Positions 37,840-51,949 of a DNA stretch of 64,000 bases are shown here, piece after piece (positions within the stretch are counted from its first letter, which is position 1; each line of letters starts with the position of its first letter). Source of the DNA: Gnetum montanum. Its lineage: Eukaryota; Plantae; Gnetophyta. The translations under genes and the position numbers were made by a program. The notes beneath the pieces were generated by a model, which was given only the letters and a program-made list of their open reading frames with translations, was not told the DNA's origin and searched no databases. The stretch lies in contig MNCI01002485.1 of assembly GCA_015680685.1 (NCBI GenBank), positions 1,203,624 to 1,267,623 on the forward strand, given 5' to 3'.

Positions 37840-40214
37840 TCTCCTAGAAAATGTGAGGAAATATTTTTCTCATATCTACCTCAATTTCCCATGTTGCTTC
37901 TTGATTTCCATGTCATTTCCAAAGAATTTTCATCATAGAAATTACTTTACTTCCTATTTGTCTTTCTTTTCTATCTATGATTCTAATGGGATATTCTTGG
38001 TAATTAATATTTAGTTGTAGGTCTATTTCTTCTACTATATTATATGTCTTTCATCTAGAATATACTTCTTTAGAAGAAAGACATGGAAGACACCATGGAT
38101 TCCTCCTAAGCCTGGTGGTAAATCTAATTGATATGCTACTTTTCCAATTTTCTTGACTATTTCAATGGTCCAACATATCTTAAATCCAATTTATCCTTCT
38201 ATCCAAACCACATCAGTTCTTCCATTGGAGATACCTTTAAGAAAATGTAATCATCAACATAAAATTCAAGTGGTCTCTTTCTTAAGTTAGTCTACTTAGT
38301 GTATCTATCCTGAGAAGCATTAACATACCATTGGATTATGCAAACCTACTATTTGGTTTGATTGATCAAGTTAGTGCTTAACTATATTCTATCTTCCATG
38401 ATAGTATAACAAATAGATGATCAACATGATCTACCATAAAGTATCTTATAAGGAATAGCTTTAATAATTTTCTAATAACTATTGTTATATGCAAATTCTA
38501 CTAAAGGAAATATTTTATTTAACTCTTCCATATACTGAAGTGTACAAGTCTAGAGCATATCTTCCAAAATTTCATTTATGTGCTCTATTTGCTCATCTAT
38601 TTAAGGATGATGAGTAGAACTTATGTTTACTTTAGTACCTAGATTTGCTTGAAATACTTGTTAAAATCTTGAGGTAAACTATGGATCTCTATCAAATATT
38701 ATTTTGACTAGAATCCCTTGTAATCTGACAATATTCTTAATAAATAACATAGTAATATCCTTAGTAGTTTTGGTAAAATGAGTAGGAAGAAAATCTGAAG
38801 ATTTTGTTAGCAAATCTACCACTATTATTATAGCTTCATGTTTCCTTCATTCTTTGGTAATCCTAAAATGAATTCCATGCTAATAACCTTGCATTTCCAT
38901 TAAGGTATATCATGAAAATGAATTAATCCTCTTGGTTTTTTATGTTCTTGTTTAACTTGTTGATAAATTGAACATTTAAACATAAATTTAGCTATCTCTT
39001 TCTTCATCTTAGATAACCAATATTGTCTTTCTAAGATTTAAAATATTTTATTACCTATAGAATGCATCTAATATCTACTAATATGAGCCTCTTCCAATAG
39101 TTTCTACCTTACCACTTTGGGTACATTTGATCTACCTTTGAATCTTAACTCACCTTTTTCTCCTTTTTGTAAGTAATCAGAAGAAATTTGACCTAATTTT
39201 TGAAGCTTTTCTTGACACGAAGCATTTGAATTTTGTTCTTCAATAATATAATTCATTGAATTTAATTACACAACTAAGCTATTCACCTAACCCATCTTCC
39301 TACTAAGTGCATCTGCTACTACATTTACCTTTCTTGGATGATATTTAATATCAATATCAAAATCTGCAAGTAGTTCAATCCATCTTCTTTATCTCAAATT
39401 TAATTGTAGTTGGGTGATAAGGTATTGTAGCCTCTTATGTTCTATCCATAAAGTTATTTTCTCCACAGAAAAATAGTGTCTTCATATATTTAGTGCAAAA
39501 ATAATGGTTGCTAACTCCAAATCATGCACAAGATATCTATCTTCATGATTCTTTAATTGTCAAGAAGGATAATCAACAACATGTTCTTCTTGGATGAGGA
39601 TGCATTGTAATCCTTCATTTGAAATATCAATATACATATCTAATGATTTTATTGGAGTTGGTGATACTAAAATAGGAGTTGATGTGAGTCATTTCTTTAA
39701 TTCTAAAAATGCATACTCACATTTTTCTATTCATTGAAATAACCGATCCTTGCTTAATAAGTTGGTTAAATAACCAAGAAATTGTACTTATTTTACCAAA
39801 ATAATCACTTAGAGGATTGAGGATATAATTTATTTTCTATAAAAGTTGTAATACTTTCCTCAACTATTTTGCAAGTTCCTCCTTACTTTTAGAATATACC
39901 AAAGTATCATCAATAAATACTATCATAAATTTATCCAAATAAGGCCTCAACACATTATTCATTAAATGCATAAATATTATAAGAGAATTTGTTAACCCAA
40001 ATGGTAATATAGGAAATTCATAGTGCCCATATCTTGTCTTAAATGCAATCTTCAAAACATCTTCTTCCTTAATTCTAAGTTGATATTCAAACTTTAAATC
40101 CATTTTAGAAAATATAGCTACATCCCTCAACTAATCAAATAAATCATCTATTCTAGGTAGAGGATATTTATTCTTAATAGTAACTTGGTTCAACCATCTA
40201 TAATTAATGCATAG
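37840..40214 (-). pseudogene. pol: C pol 3' part: RT (partly deleted), RNase H, integrase, chromodomain
   Basis: [24 protein letters not shown]; ORF 39864..40130 with FKTRYGHYEF...PFGLTN...VFIDDTLVYS; DLELATIIFAL; IKYHPRKGKCS region; EATWE chromodomain. Confidence 0.9.
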
Positions 40215-41150
40215 TGATGAGAGTGGTTACTCTAGTAGTTATTCTAATTATTAGAGTGGTTATTTTAATTATTAGAGTGGTTACTCTAGTGGTTATTTTA
40301 ATTATTAGAGTGGTTACTCTAGTGGTTACTCTAGCAGTTATTCTAATTATTAGAGTGGTTACTCTAATTATTAGAGTAGTTGCTCCTAGGCCTATAAATA
40401 CAGTGCCCAAGCACACAATTGGGAGGGAAGTCTTCTAGCAATCAAGTAACGAAACTCTTATAGTCTATTTGAAAGTTAGAGTATTTTCCATGTGCCCATA
40501 GCAAGAGGTCTAAGTATGGATAGATCTTTATTTGAGCATTGTGTACCTAAGCACACCTTGTGTATAGCAATAAATATGAGCTCTTTGATTCATCCTTACA
40601 GCACTTGAGACTTATTTTCTTACACATTTCTTTTAATTTATTTTCTTATGGATTTATTTTATTTTATGCAGTTTAAATTTATGTTATTAGCATAGCAATT
40701 CATTTTGATCAATTAAGAAAATTGTTAAATTACACAAGCATGACCACTTAGAGCATGCATGTAATGCTTGGTAACCCAGTAGCAATTAGCGTTTGGTAAT
40801 CCCAATAGTGTTGCACTAGTTCAAGATGTGTACAGCAAGTGGGAATGGATGCTAGTGTTAGGATTAGTTAGAACTTAGTTAATGAGTAATTAAGTTAAAT
40901 TGGCTCACTTAGTTACCTCTCTCCTTCCCTACTAGTGCAGGACATAAAAACATAAAAGCTATAAAAATCATATGCCTCAAGCTTACTTAACCATACAATC
41001 ATGACATACAGGTAAGCTTGGGAAGACAACGATCAACCAATCCTTGTTCCACAAGGATGCATAAGCACTTAGTCCTTGTAATTTGACCAAATCGTGTCTG
41101 AAATGCTTATATTCATATGGTTGAGCATAGGGATACCTTGCCACTCATCA
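40215..41150 (+). repeat. B 5' LTR (936 bp)
   Basis: TGATGAG...CTCATCA. U3 is a 12/21-bp near-palindromic array followed by CTATAAATA. Confidence 0.95.
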
Positions 41151-41151
41151 T

Positions 41152-41169
41152 TGGTGCCTTTGCTAGGGA
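41152..41169 (+). promoter_or_regulatory. Primer binding site, tRNA-Asp type (element B)
   Basis: TGGTGCCTTTGCTAGGGA resembles TGGCGCCGTTGCCGGGGA. Confidence 0.8.
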
Positions 41170-41449
41170 CTTAGTTGTTTGTGTGTTAACTAGAACATAG
41201 GAAATCATTCACATCATTCGAATGAACCCTTATGGTTGGTTGGGAAATAATAAATAAGAATACATAGCACATTGAATAGACAAGTATGTCTCCTTCTTTG
41301 TACAAAAGTGCCTCACTACCTAGGTTTGAAACAAGAAACAATCAATGATGTAATATACATGACATTGATCCACCAATCCCTCAACAAGTTTGAGTGGTAT
41401 ATATTCATCCTGATGAGTATATACCAGACTTCATCTTTATCCTCCATCA

Positions 41450-44400
41450 AGATGAACAACTGCATTGACAAGACTTAGAAGGTAACATAGTGTTACCTCT
41501 TGATCATTCAATCCCCAACATGCTTCTTCGTGCTCTCACAAAATTGGCATGCTGCACTTACATGTAGAATACGTTGTGCAAGACCATGACTCAAGAGAAT
41601 ACCATCCCATGGAGGTACAACAGAAAAGGGACTTGCAATAGGAGAGACATCAAAAGTCATTGAAGGGTAAGTTTTCCTAGGATGCCGCACATGTCTTAAG
41701 CAAAAATGAGGATGGTGTACCTACCTCAGGCAATCGCCCACACAACGATGTTCCTCCCCTTGACTTTGGCCAAGGGGTTGTGCATTAGAACCTTCATTCC
41801 ACTATTCATAACCTAGGTTTTGATAACCCACGAGCACAAAGGATCTTGAAAAGAAACATAAACTCATGATAAATGTGGACATTCTGATCACAATTGCGAT
41901 CGAAGTAGAGACCACAAAAGAGAAGGTAGCAAACATCATCATGGTGATGGTTCTCCTTCTTCTTCACCTTCATCATCTCCTTCACCCTCTCCTTCAATAT
42001 TTGGATGTATTCATAAAGAAAAAGACCATGGGGATAAAGGTAGGCAAAGTGGAATTCATAGACAAAACAGCTAGGAACGGGGATAAGGGCACTCTAGAGA
42101 GTCATGACATAGAAGAAGGGAGAGTAGGGAACAACGTAGGCATCATAGACACCATGGATGAGATTATCATGATGAACCCCTCCTCACTACTCAAAGTATG
42201 TTGGACACAACTGAGGCTGTTAGAATTCCAACAAGGCATCAGAAAGATAGTAGGATCAAGAGATTAGATATGAACAACATCACATGATTTGAAGGGGGAT
42301 ACAATTCTAATCCTCAAAATCATTTACAAGCATTCCATGATGTGTGTGCCTTACAGAACATAGAGAACAAATGGAAAAATCTTAAGTTGTTCCCATGGAC
42401 ATTAGTTAAAGAAGTAAATAATGGTACTTGTCTTTAGAACTGGAATCCATTTGTAGGTGGAGTACTATGTTAGAAGTATTTAATGATAAGTACCAAACAC
42501 ACTCCCGAGTGTCTAACTTGCGAAAGCAAATCCAAGGCTGGAAACAAGGAGGACATGAACCCTTGGATGCTGCCATAGGCCAATACTATGTACTATTACA
42601 TCATTGTCTTGGCCATGATTATTCATAATGGGATCAACTACGCCATCTCATGGATGGGCTTAGGCATAAAATGAGAAGAGCCCTTGGGACTTATGCCCAA
42701 GGGAGACTATCTGAGCTTAGGTTCCATCAAATTCAAAGACTATTTGAGCAAGTTGTGAAGGAAGAAGATGAGATACAAAAGAGAGAAAGTGCAGAAGAGT
42801 AAAACTAAGATCCTTTTCTTTGGAAGAGGGAAGTAAGATTTTGTGAGGATGAAGAAGAGTCACCACTCTAAGAGATGGTGAATAGGAAAACTTTGCCTAT
42901 CCAAAAGATGACATCAGAAGTTTTAGCAAAGGTAGACCAAATGTTGGATTTCCTAGACAATAGATTTCAAACTATTCTTAATATAGTAGAGGAGTATACA
43001 TAGCAAGGTAGTGAGAAAAGAAAAATGAAAGAGGTTGAACATGCACGTAGCAAGGGCAAGGGCAAAGTTGCCATCATTGAAGAGTTTGTGGATTTGGAAA
43101 TAGACAATGATAGTGGATGTGAGATATGTCAATATGACCATCCTAAGGGATGTTTCCCTATAATCTCACATTCACAAGAGTTTGGGATGTATGCACTCAA
43201 CCCATGATTAAACAAAAGGAAAACAAACACCCCAAAGGTCATCTTATCCTCAAGGTAATCCAAGGTAGTTTCACCAACCCTTAACATATTATCCCAGTAG
43301 AAATCCACCACAATTGATTGAGCAATATCAATAGTGGAAGCACCCATAATCATGGGGAATGCCACCACCAAGGCAACAGTATTCTTACCAACAACCTGAC
43401 CCATATGGATATTATGTGTAGTAGCCAATCTCCCCACATGACTCTCTTGGTCATGTCACTCCTCAACCTCACTACCAAGCCCAAGAGTATTATGGGACTT
43501 CCTCTTCTAGAGGTGATATCTTGCAAGCATATCATCCTTCTCATCTAGCTACATCTCTTCCACCAACAGTTCCACTACCACCTGCTCCATCTATGCAAGG
43601 TGAAATCTCTACCCAACCATAACAACGTAACATCACAAGGGCTATTAACTCTCAACCTACTATTGGTTTCAACAACCACATGAAGAAAAGACCTTTCTTT
43701 AGAACCAATAGTCTAACCAAGCCCTTGCAATCACAAATGGATGATTCCTTAGATGCCTCAGTATCAATCAAAACTTTGGAGCCCCCTTCAACCCAATCAC
43801 TGCACTCAACGCATATGGTCATGCTAACACATGTCATCACCGATTGGATCAAAGATAGCCACCTTCCTAGGAAATTCTTTGATCCTAGGAGTCCTCTAAT
43901 ATACCTACAAATCACTAGAAATGTGCTATGCAAGGCTCTTTTGGATTCAAGTTTCGGTGTCAACTTGATTTCTCAAGAAATGTATAAGCCTTGGAACCTA
44001 CCTCTACTTAAAAAGAGCAACATCCATCTAGAGTTGGCCAACCAGTCCATCACTTTCCCATTGGGACTAGTGAAAGACATTGTTACCACTATTTGTGGGT
44101 GTTCATACCTAGCTAACTTCCTAGTGATTCAGGTAAACAATAGTAAGGGGGACTTCCCAATCATATTGGGAAGAGCATGGCTATGCACCATTAACACATG
44201 CCTAGAAATCTATGATCTTTCTCAAGAAGTATCAAAGGAAAATATATTCAGAAGGATCAAGAAGAAGAAAGTTCTATGCATCGCATATAGTGACACAGGG
44301 TGTAATTATGTGTAGAGGTTATGGTTTGTGCAAAGTTTAGCATTTCCTACATGCAATTAGTATGCACAAGTGATTAACATACAAAGATGCCTGAATGCAG

Positions 44401-47400
44401 CAAGCACACGATAGGAAGACACCCAGTGGCTAACAGCTAATCAAGAAAGTAGTTCACTCATATGCATCAAACCAACTAAGGGTTTGACTTGTGCTTACAT
44501 CGATAGCATAGATGCATTAGATCAAGTCCACCAACTTCCAAGTATTAACCTTGAAAATATCAATTGGGGGAAGTTGGAAATCCCTGAGAAATTTAAGTAT
44601 GAGCCCCTTGAGCTAAAACCATTGCCCACCGATATGGAATACATGTTCCTTAAAAATGGAAAACTAGTAATTATCAACACTGAGCTTGCTCCTCAACAGA
44701 AATAAGAACTACCAAAGGTAATAAATAAATGATCAAAAGCCTTGACTTGGTCATATCTTGAATTAACTGGAATAGATCCTAGGATATTCCAACATAGAAT
44801 TTACACTAACCCCTACATGAAGCCTCAAAGACAAACGTAGAGGAGATTGAACCCTAAGCTGAAGTAAGTAGTTAAGAAAGAAATTGAATAGCTTCTCAAG
44901 GCTGGGTTCATATACCCCATTGTTGATAATGAATGGATTAGCCCCTTAGTTATTGTGCCTAAAAAAGGAGGCAAATGGAGGGTCTGCATAGATTTCAGGC
45001 TACTAAATATGGCAACATTCAAAGATCACTTTCCATTGCCATTTGTCGACCAAGTCTTAGACACCATTGCAAGGCATCACTATTACATTTTTCTAGATGG
45101 ATATAGCAAATATAACCAAATACAAATAGCCCCAGAAGACCAAGCCAAGACTACATTCACTAGTCCTTGGGGAACATTCGCATACAAATAGATGTTGTTT
45201 GGCTTGTGCAATGCCCTTACAACATTTCAATGACTAGTTCTAAGAATATTCCAATAGTAGATAGGGAATGGCATGGAGGTCTTTATGGACAACTTCTCCA
45301 CTTATGGAGAAAACTTTGATCAAGCCTTCGATCGATTGGAAAAGATGTGTAGAAATCAATTTGAGGCTCAACTAGTAGAAAAGCCATTTGATGGTCCAAG
45401 AAGGCATAGTCCTAGAATCTCACACACAGGGATAGAGGTAGACCCTGAGAAAATCCAAATTATCCAAGTAATTACCCATCAACTAGAAAATGTCAAAGAT
45501 ATTTGGTCATCCCTTGGACATATTGGCTACTATAGGAGATTTATCGAGAACTTTTCAATGGTTTCCAAATCATTGGTGGAATTAACGAAAAAGGACATAC
45601 CTTTCAAGTGGACTAGGGAATGCAAATTATCTTTCCAAACTCTAAAATAGAAGCTAGTAGAAACACCCATTCTACAAGCTCCTAACTAGTCCAAACCATT
45701 CCATATCATGACTGACACATCCAACTATGATTTAGGAGCCATACTTACACAGTTAGATGACTAGAAGCATCCTTATTACATCCATTGTGCAAGTAGAAGT
45801 ATCATTGGTGCACAACTTAACTACACTATCAAAGAGAAAGAATTAATGGCTATAGTGTTTACACTAGAAAAGTTTAGACACTATGTATTGAAATATAAAG
45901 TATATATACATATAGATCATGGAATCTGGTTCCTCATAAATAATCCAATGGTAATCCCTCGTATCATATGATGTCTTGTAATCTTACAAGAGTTTGATTT
46001 AATGATGATTGATCGCAAGGGCACTGAGAATGTAGTTGTTGATCATTTATCTCAGTTTCCATGGGACAACAAAGAGGATGAGTATCCAATTTCTAGTCAT
46101 GTCCCTTATGAATTCCTCTTTTCTAGTGTAGTGAATAATCAATCATCCATGGAGACAAATTGGTACGGTAGCATTCTTACCTATCTCCTCACCGAAAAAA
46201 CACCACAAGAGTTAAACCTTAAGAAGAAACAATAGTTTCTTCACCAAGCCAAGTACTTTATGGAGATCAATGGGAAAATTTAAAAAGTGTATCCCGATGG
46301 TTTGGTTTGATGGTGTGTTCCCAATATAGATCAACTAAAAGTTCTCCAAGATGCTCATGAGGGTCCTTGTGGGGGTCATTACGTTGGGAGACGAATGGCC
46401 ATCAGATCCTACTTGCAAGATATTATTGGCCTACATTGTTCTAGGACACCCTTCATTTCATCCAATCTTATGAGCGCTATCAATGTGATGGGAGAATGAC
46501 TGCTAGAATGGATGGTCCGTAACAATGGATTCAACCATTAGAACCCTTCAACACTTGGGAAATTGATTTTATTGGGCCAATTACACCAATGTACAATGGA
46601 AAATCTTATATTATTATTGCTGTTGATTACCTAACAAAATGGACAAAAGCAGCTACTATTAAGAATTGTACATCATCTACAGTTGCATGTTTTGTTCAAC
46701 AACAGATCATAAACAGATTTTTTGTGCTACGTGCACTTCTTTCAGACAATGGTATGCACTTCACAGGTGCAACTTTTCAGAAATTAATGCAATGCTTAGG
46801 GGTTGAAAACAAACTGACAACACCATCCCACCCCTAAGTAAATGGTCAAGTCGAAGTCACCAACAAGGAGATTATGAAAATATTGACAAGAACTATTAGC
46901 AAGTTTAGACAAGACTAGAGCACTAAACTAAATGATGCTCTTTGGGCATACCACTCCACATGGAAACTCCCTATAGGCTACTCTCCCTATGAGTTAGTGT
47001 ACGGTAAATTACCAACACTTCCCATTCAAAATGATCTCCATACACTATCCACAGCATGTGAACTCAACCTTGACCTTAACTTAGCACAGAAACAACAGTT
47101 AGTAATCCTTAATTTGCTAGATGGAAACCAACTAGCTACCCTATCATCTAACGAATTGTACAAGGCATTCAATAAGCAACATCATGATCTAAGGATTCGA
47201 AAAGTTAAATATCAACTAGGAGATAAGGTTCTCTACTAGAATCCCACACATGTGCCACAATTTACTAAATTTCAAACACTATGGGAAGGACCTTATATTA
47301 TTTATGCAGCTTTTCCTTCAAGGGCCATGACAATATACAAACCTGAGAGCCCAAACAAAAAACTGTTGGTCAACATGCAACAAACCAAACCTTTTCATGA

Positions 47401-47450
47401 GCTTAGGATAGCTAGTACACATGCTACCTTTGTTAATGAACAACCTTGCT
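41450..47450 (+). pseudogene. gag-pol: B gag-pol (gag, PR, RT, RH, INT)
   Basis: ALLDSSFGVNLI; PKKGGKWRVCIDFR..KDHFPLPF; FLDGYSKYNQI; EVFMDNF; DRKGTENVVVDHLS; WGIDFIGP; AVDYLTKW; WEGPY. Confidence 0.95.
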
Positions 47451-48958
47451 NTTGGTGGCTAGGTATTTTTTAAACCAATGAAAGACTCAAAGGATGAAAA
47501 GGGTGTGACTTCAAGGGGATTCAATGCATTGGTTTTGGCTATTCTCTTGGGTGCTTGGATGCTTTTTCTTGGGCTTTCTACCATTCTGACATTGTTAAAA
47601 TATTAGGAAGTTGAGTGAATAAAAATAATTCTTTACATGATGTGGTTCTCATGCATAAACATTAAAAAAATAAAGAGAGAAAAGAAAAAAAAAGGTGAGA
47701 ATTCAAAGCACACCCCTTATACATAATAAAGCAATATCAGCTACAAGCGTTGGTTATGGCACTGGAAAGACATGTTACTCATGCCTAAAGGTTCCCTCTA
47801 ACTAAGGCCCTTTCTTGCTTCCTGTTTCTCCATCTCACTCTTCTTGGGATGTTGGTCACTCTTTGTAGAAGCATTCTTGTTGCCTCAAGAGGATGGATTA
47901 GCCAAGTGTATTGATGTGAGGTCACTGAATATGGTTGGTTTGAGTCTAGATTTGGGATGATTTCTACTTAATTATCTTAACCATGAAATACACAAGGGGC
48001 TTTACACAACCTTGTTCTTAGGATTCCATTCCATTCGCTCCTCTCCATCTTTCTTCCCATTTTTCACCTCATTGCCGATTTTATCATTAGTCTGTTCTAG
48101 GTTGATGCATTGTTTTTCTTTGATGAATTCTTGTAGGTAAGTTTCTAACTCTTACTTCCAAATGAAATTCCTAGAGCCTACGGACTCTTTGGTTTGTGGG
48201 TTTGTTAGGGCATAAAGGGCATGAGCCTGCTCTGGGGAGGATCCACTTGCATATCTTTTGGTTTGGTTAAGTTAAGTTCTTTATCCTTAGATATTTTTAT
48301 AATCAAATTCTTTTTATTTACCCCATACATGTCATCCAAATTGTATACACCTTCACAACTAGTTGTAATGAGTTCCTTTTCATTGTTGTGAATACCCTCT
48401 TTCGACTACTCCTTGTGTCAAGCTTTCTCTGAAGTGTATAGATCACTTCTATTATTTAACCCATTCATCAGTCTTTTCACTAACAATATCAAGCAATAAA
48501 TCTATCACAATCACAACTTGGCTAGATAAAATCACCAACAAGACAAGGTATTTAGCCATTATTTATGTATTATAAATATTAATCCTTGGTTTTGTTGTGA
48601 TTGCAGTGGGAAGCATGGATTGGAAGCAGGACTGTCGTCACCAAGGAGGATGCAACCATATCACTCACAAGAGATTTTTCATGATTGCTAGATCTCTTTT
48701 ACCTCTCCCTCATTCTTCTATTACCAAGAGGGGTTGGATGTCCTTCAGATCCTTTGGTGTTCTTTCCTAATTTTCATGAACACCAATTTTGTACGTAATT
48801 GTAATATTGTATGCTCAGGCACTTCTGTATTTGTCTATTTTCTTTGTGTCACTCTGCATGTTAGTCAAATAAGTCCACATCCCCCTTATATATTTTTTAA
48901 AGAACTTATTTCTATTCTTCTATACTCGAGGATGAGTTTTCATTGAGTCATAGGGGCA

Positions 48959-49887
48959 TGAAGAGAGTGGTTACTCTAGTAGTTATTCTAATTATTAGAG
49001 TGGTTACTCTAGCAGTTACTCTAGTAGTTATTCTAATTATTAGAGTGGTTACTCTAGTAGTTACTTTAGCAGTTATTCTAATTATTAGAGCGGTTACTCT
49101 AATTATTAGAGTAGTTTCTCCCAAGCCTATAAATACAGTGCCCAGGTGCACAATTGGGAGGGAAATCTTTTAGTAGTCAAGTAGTGAAACTCTTGTAGTC
49201 TATTTGAAAGTTAGAGTATTTTCCAAGTGCGCATAGTAGGAGGTATAAGTGTGGATGGATCTTTATTTGAGGATTGTGTACCTGAGCACACCTTGTGTAT
49301 AGCAATAAAGATGAGCTCTTTGATTCATCCTTGTAGCACTTCAGATTTTTTTCTTACGCATTTCTTTTATTTTATTTTCTCATGGATTTATTTTATTTTA
49401 TGCACTTTACATTTATGTTATTAGCATAGAAATTCATTTTGATCAATTAAGCAAATTGTTAAATTACACGAGCATGACCACTTAGAGCATGCATGTAATG
49501 CTTGGTAACTCAGTAGTGATTAGTGTTTGGTAATCCCAGTAGTGTTGCACTAGTTCAGGATGTGTACAGCAAGTGGGAACGGATGCTAGTGTTAGGATTA
49601 GTTAGAACTTAGTTAATGATTAGTTAATTTAAATTAGTCACTTAGTTACCTCTCTCCTTCCCTACTAGTGCAAGACACAAAAACATAAAAGCTATAAAAA
49701 TCATATGCCTCAAGCTTACTTAACCATTCAATCATGACGTATAGGTAAGCTTGGGAAGACAACAATCAACCAACCTATCCTTGTTCCATAAGGGTGCATA
49801 AACACTTAGTCCTTGGAATTCGACTAGATCGTGCATGAAACGCTCGTATTCATATGGTTGAGCATAGGGGTACCTCGGCGCTCATCA
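48959..49887 (+). repeat. B 3' LTR (929 bp)
   Basis: TGAAGAG...CTCATCA, direct repeat of 40215..41150. Confidence 0.95.
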
Positions 49888-51400
49888 CATATCCTTAAAT
49901 TTCCATGTTTCTTTTTCACAATAACACTAGCATGCCTTAAGAGAAAACACTAGGTTAAATATGATCTTTATTTAAAATTTCCTGTATCTTTATTTTGAGC
50001 TCTAATAATTTAACTAGGGACATGTAACATGGTTTCTTAGAAAAAAATTTTGTTCCTAGTTTGAGAGTAATTTCTACCTCTATTTCTTTTTTTAGACCAA
50101 CCCTTGTAGTTCTTTTGTACATACATCTAGAAATTTGCTACTAGAATATCAACTATATTATCCTCGATATTTTTAGATTTGACAACAACTATACAATAGT
50201 TATGCCATTTCCTAACCATTTTTATGAAATTCTTAGAGGAAACCAAATCAACCTTAATGGATCTTCCTTCAGCTACAACAAAGACTTCTTACCCATCTCC
50301 TAACTCTAATTGTATAGTCTTAGTCTTGTAGTAAAGAAACCCATCATATCTACTTAACCAATCAATTCTTAAAATAATATCATATTCTCCTAATTCCATA
50401 ATAAATAAAATCTGCATCACATTCCTTATCCTATATCTTTAATAGAAGCTTCCCACACATATTCTACTGTGTATCCACTATGTCTCACAACATGAACATA
50501 TAATGAAATTTCTAATATTTTAAATGATAAATTTAGTATTTTCACTATTTTACTATTGATAAAATAATGACTTACTTCAGGATCAGAAAGAATAAAGATA
50601 GTTTGTACATAGCGTGTACCATTGATCTTAACCACAATGGTAGGTTGCTCCTTTATATCTCTCTCTAGAATAGCATATATCCAATATTGATTCATAGGTC
50701 ATCCGCCTCTTCCTTGATTATTCCCAATTTCTCAATTCCCCATCATTATATTATTTCCAATTCCCCCTCTATTTTCTTGGACAACTCTAGGATTTGGAAA
50801 CATAGATTCTATGCTTCTGTTCTACATAATACTCTCTTTCTGAAGTGGCTTTTGGCAATCCTCACATAGTTCAGTAAACCTATTAGCATACTTATAAATA
50901 GACATAGATCCCTAAATGAGTTTATTAAATTCATCTTCTTTCTTCTATAGGTAAGCTTTAGAAAGATATTTATTTTTGAATACTTTAATGAATTGCTCCC
51001 ATTCTATCTCTTCATCTTTCCAATGCCTAATACTTTGCTCTACCTCCCACCATCACTCAACTACATCTTCTAACTAATACAAGGCCAAATATTTCTTTTC
51101 TATAATAATGCAATGTTGGATGCAAAATGCTTTTTCTAATCCCTTTAACCATTCTATAACAATAATGGAATTTTTTGTGCCTAAAAAGGTAGGTGGATTT
51201 AGTCTTCTAAAACTATGGATTAATCTCCTTTATTCTTAATCACTTCATTTCTAGAGCACTCATTATGATTGTTTTGATTTTGATTTTAAGGAAAGATCAA
51301 CAACTATTTAAATACTTGATTTGGAGTTGCCTAAGAATTTTGAGAATTTTCTAGTGGGACATCATTAACTAATCTTGTCACCTAAATTTTGAACTAAATC
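49888..51400 (-). pseudogene. gag-pol: C gag, protease and RT N-terminus
   Basis: FRRLNPPTFLG gag motif near 51190. Protease-like LSDPEVSHYFI (ORF 50426..50695). VKKKHGNLRI joins CINY across the B insertion. Confidence 0.85.
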
Positions 51401-51465
51401 AAGTTTAGAGGATATAAATCAAACAATGTCTACAAGAATTCTATACTATCTACGGAAAACTCCTT

Positions 51466-51477
51466 GTTGTGATACCA
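51466..51477 (-). promoter_or_regulatory. Primer binding site, tRNA-iMet (element C)
   Basis: Minus strand TGGTATCACAAC, 10/12 match to TGGTATCAGAGC. Confidence 0.75.
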
Positions 51478-51481
51478 ACAC

Positions 51482-51900
51482 TGTAACACCCCTATTCATT
51501 ATCTATAAAATATCCTATAAATAACTAATAGAGATGTTAGGAATCCCTAAGGATCTAGATCTAGCATTGAACTACTAACTCAAAGGAAGTGGTAAAATGG
51601 ATAAAAATTATTATTTAGAGTCATAAACACAATAGAGTAATATATTGTATCAAAGTTTTATATTACATAAATAAATCTAATTTATTTAATAAAAAGGATA
51701 ATTTTGCACAAACACAAACTTATAGAGTCTAAAAATTTCAACAAATTGTAATATAAAATAGTACATAAAATAATGATTCCAATGATACTTGTTTTTCCTT
51801 GATTGAACATCTAGAAATAAAGATATTGAAGTTTGAATTTTATCAATTGATTCATAAAATTAAACATAAGAATCAAATAAAACATCAATATATAAATTTT
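51482..51900 (-). repeat. C 5' LTR, segment 1
   Basis: TGTAACACCCC terminus next to the PBS. Homologous to 12640-13060. Confidence 0.85.
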
Positions 51901-51949
51901 TATTCTTCATTTGAAAAGAAAATATACAAGTGAAACAATAAACTAGGCT

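Larger units (their letters stand above)
40215..49887 (+). mobile_element. Element B: full-length Athila-like Ty3/gypsy element inserted in the RT of C
   Basis: LTR pair. TSD CATAG/CATAT (1 mismatch). tRNA-Asp PBS and PPT GAGTCATAGGGGCA. gag-PR-RT-RH-INT. Confidence 0.95.

Noticed and set aside
40204-40438. Repetitive ORFs (TTLIIRI / [11 protein letters not shown]), also at 48943-49173
   Set aside because: They are by-products of 12- and 21-bp LTR repeats that happen to lack stops on both strands.
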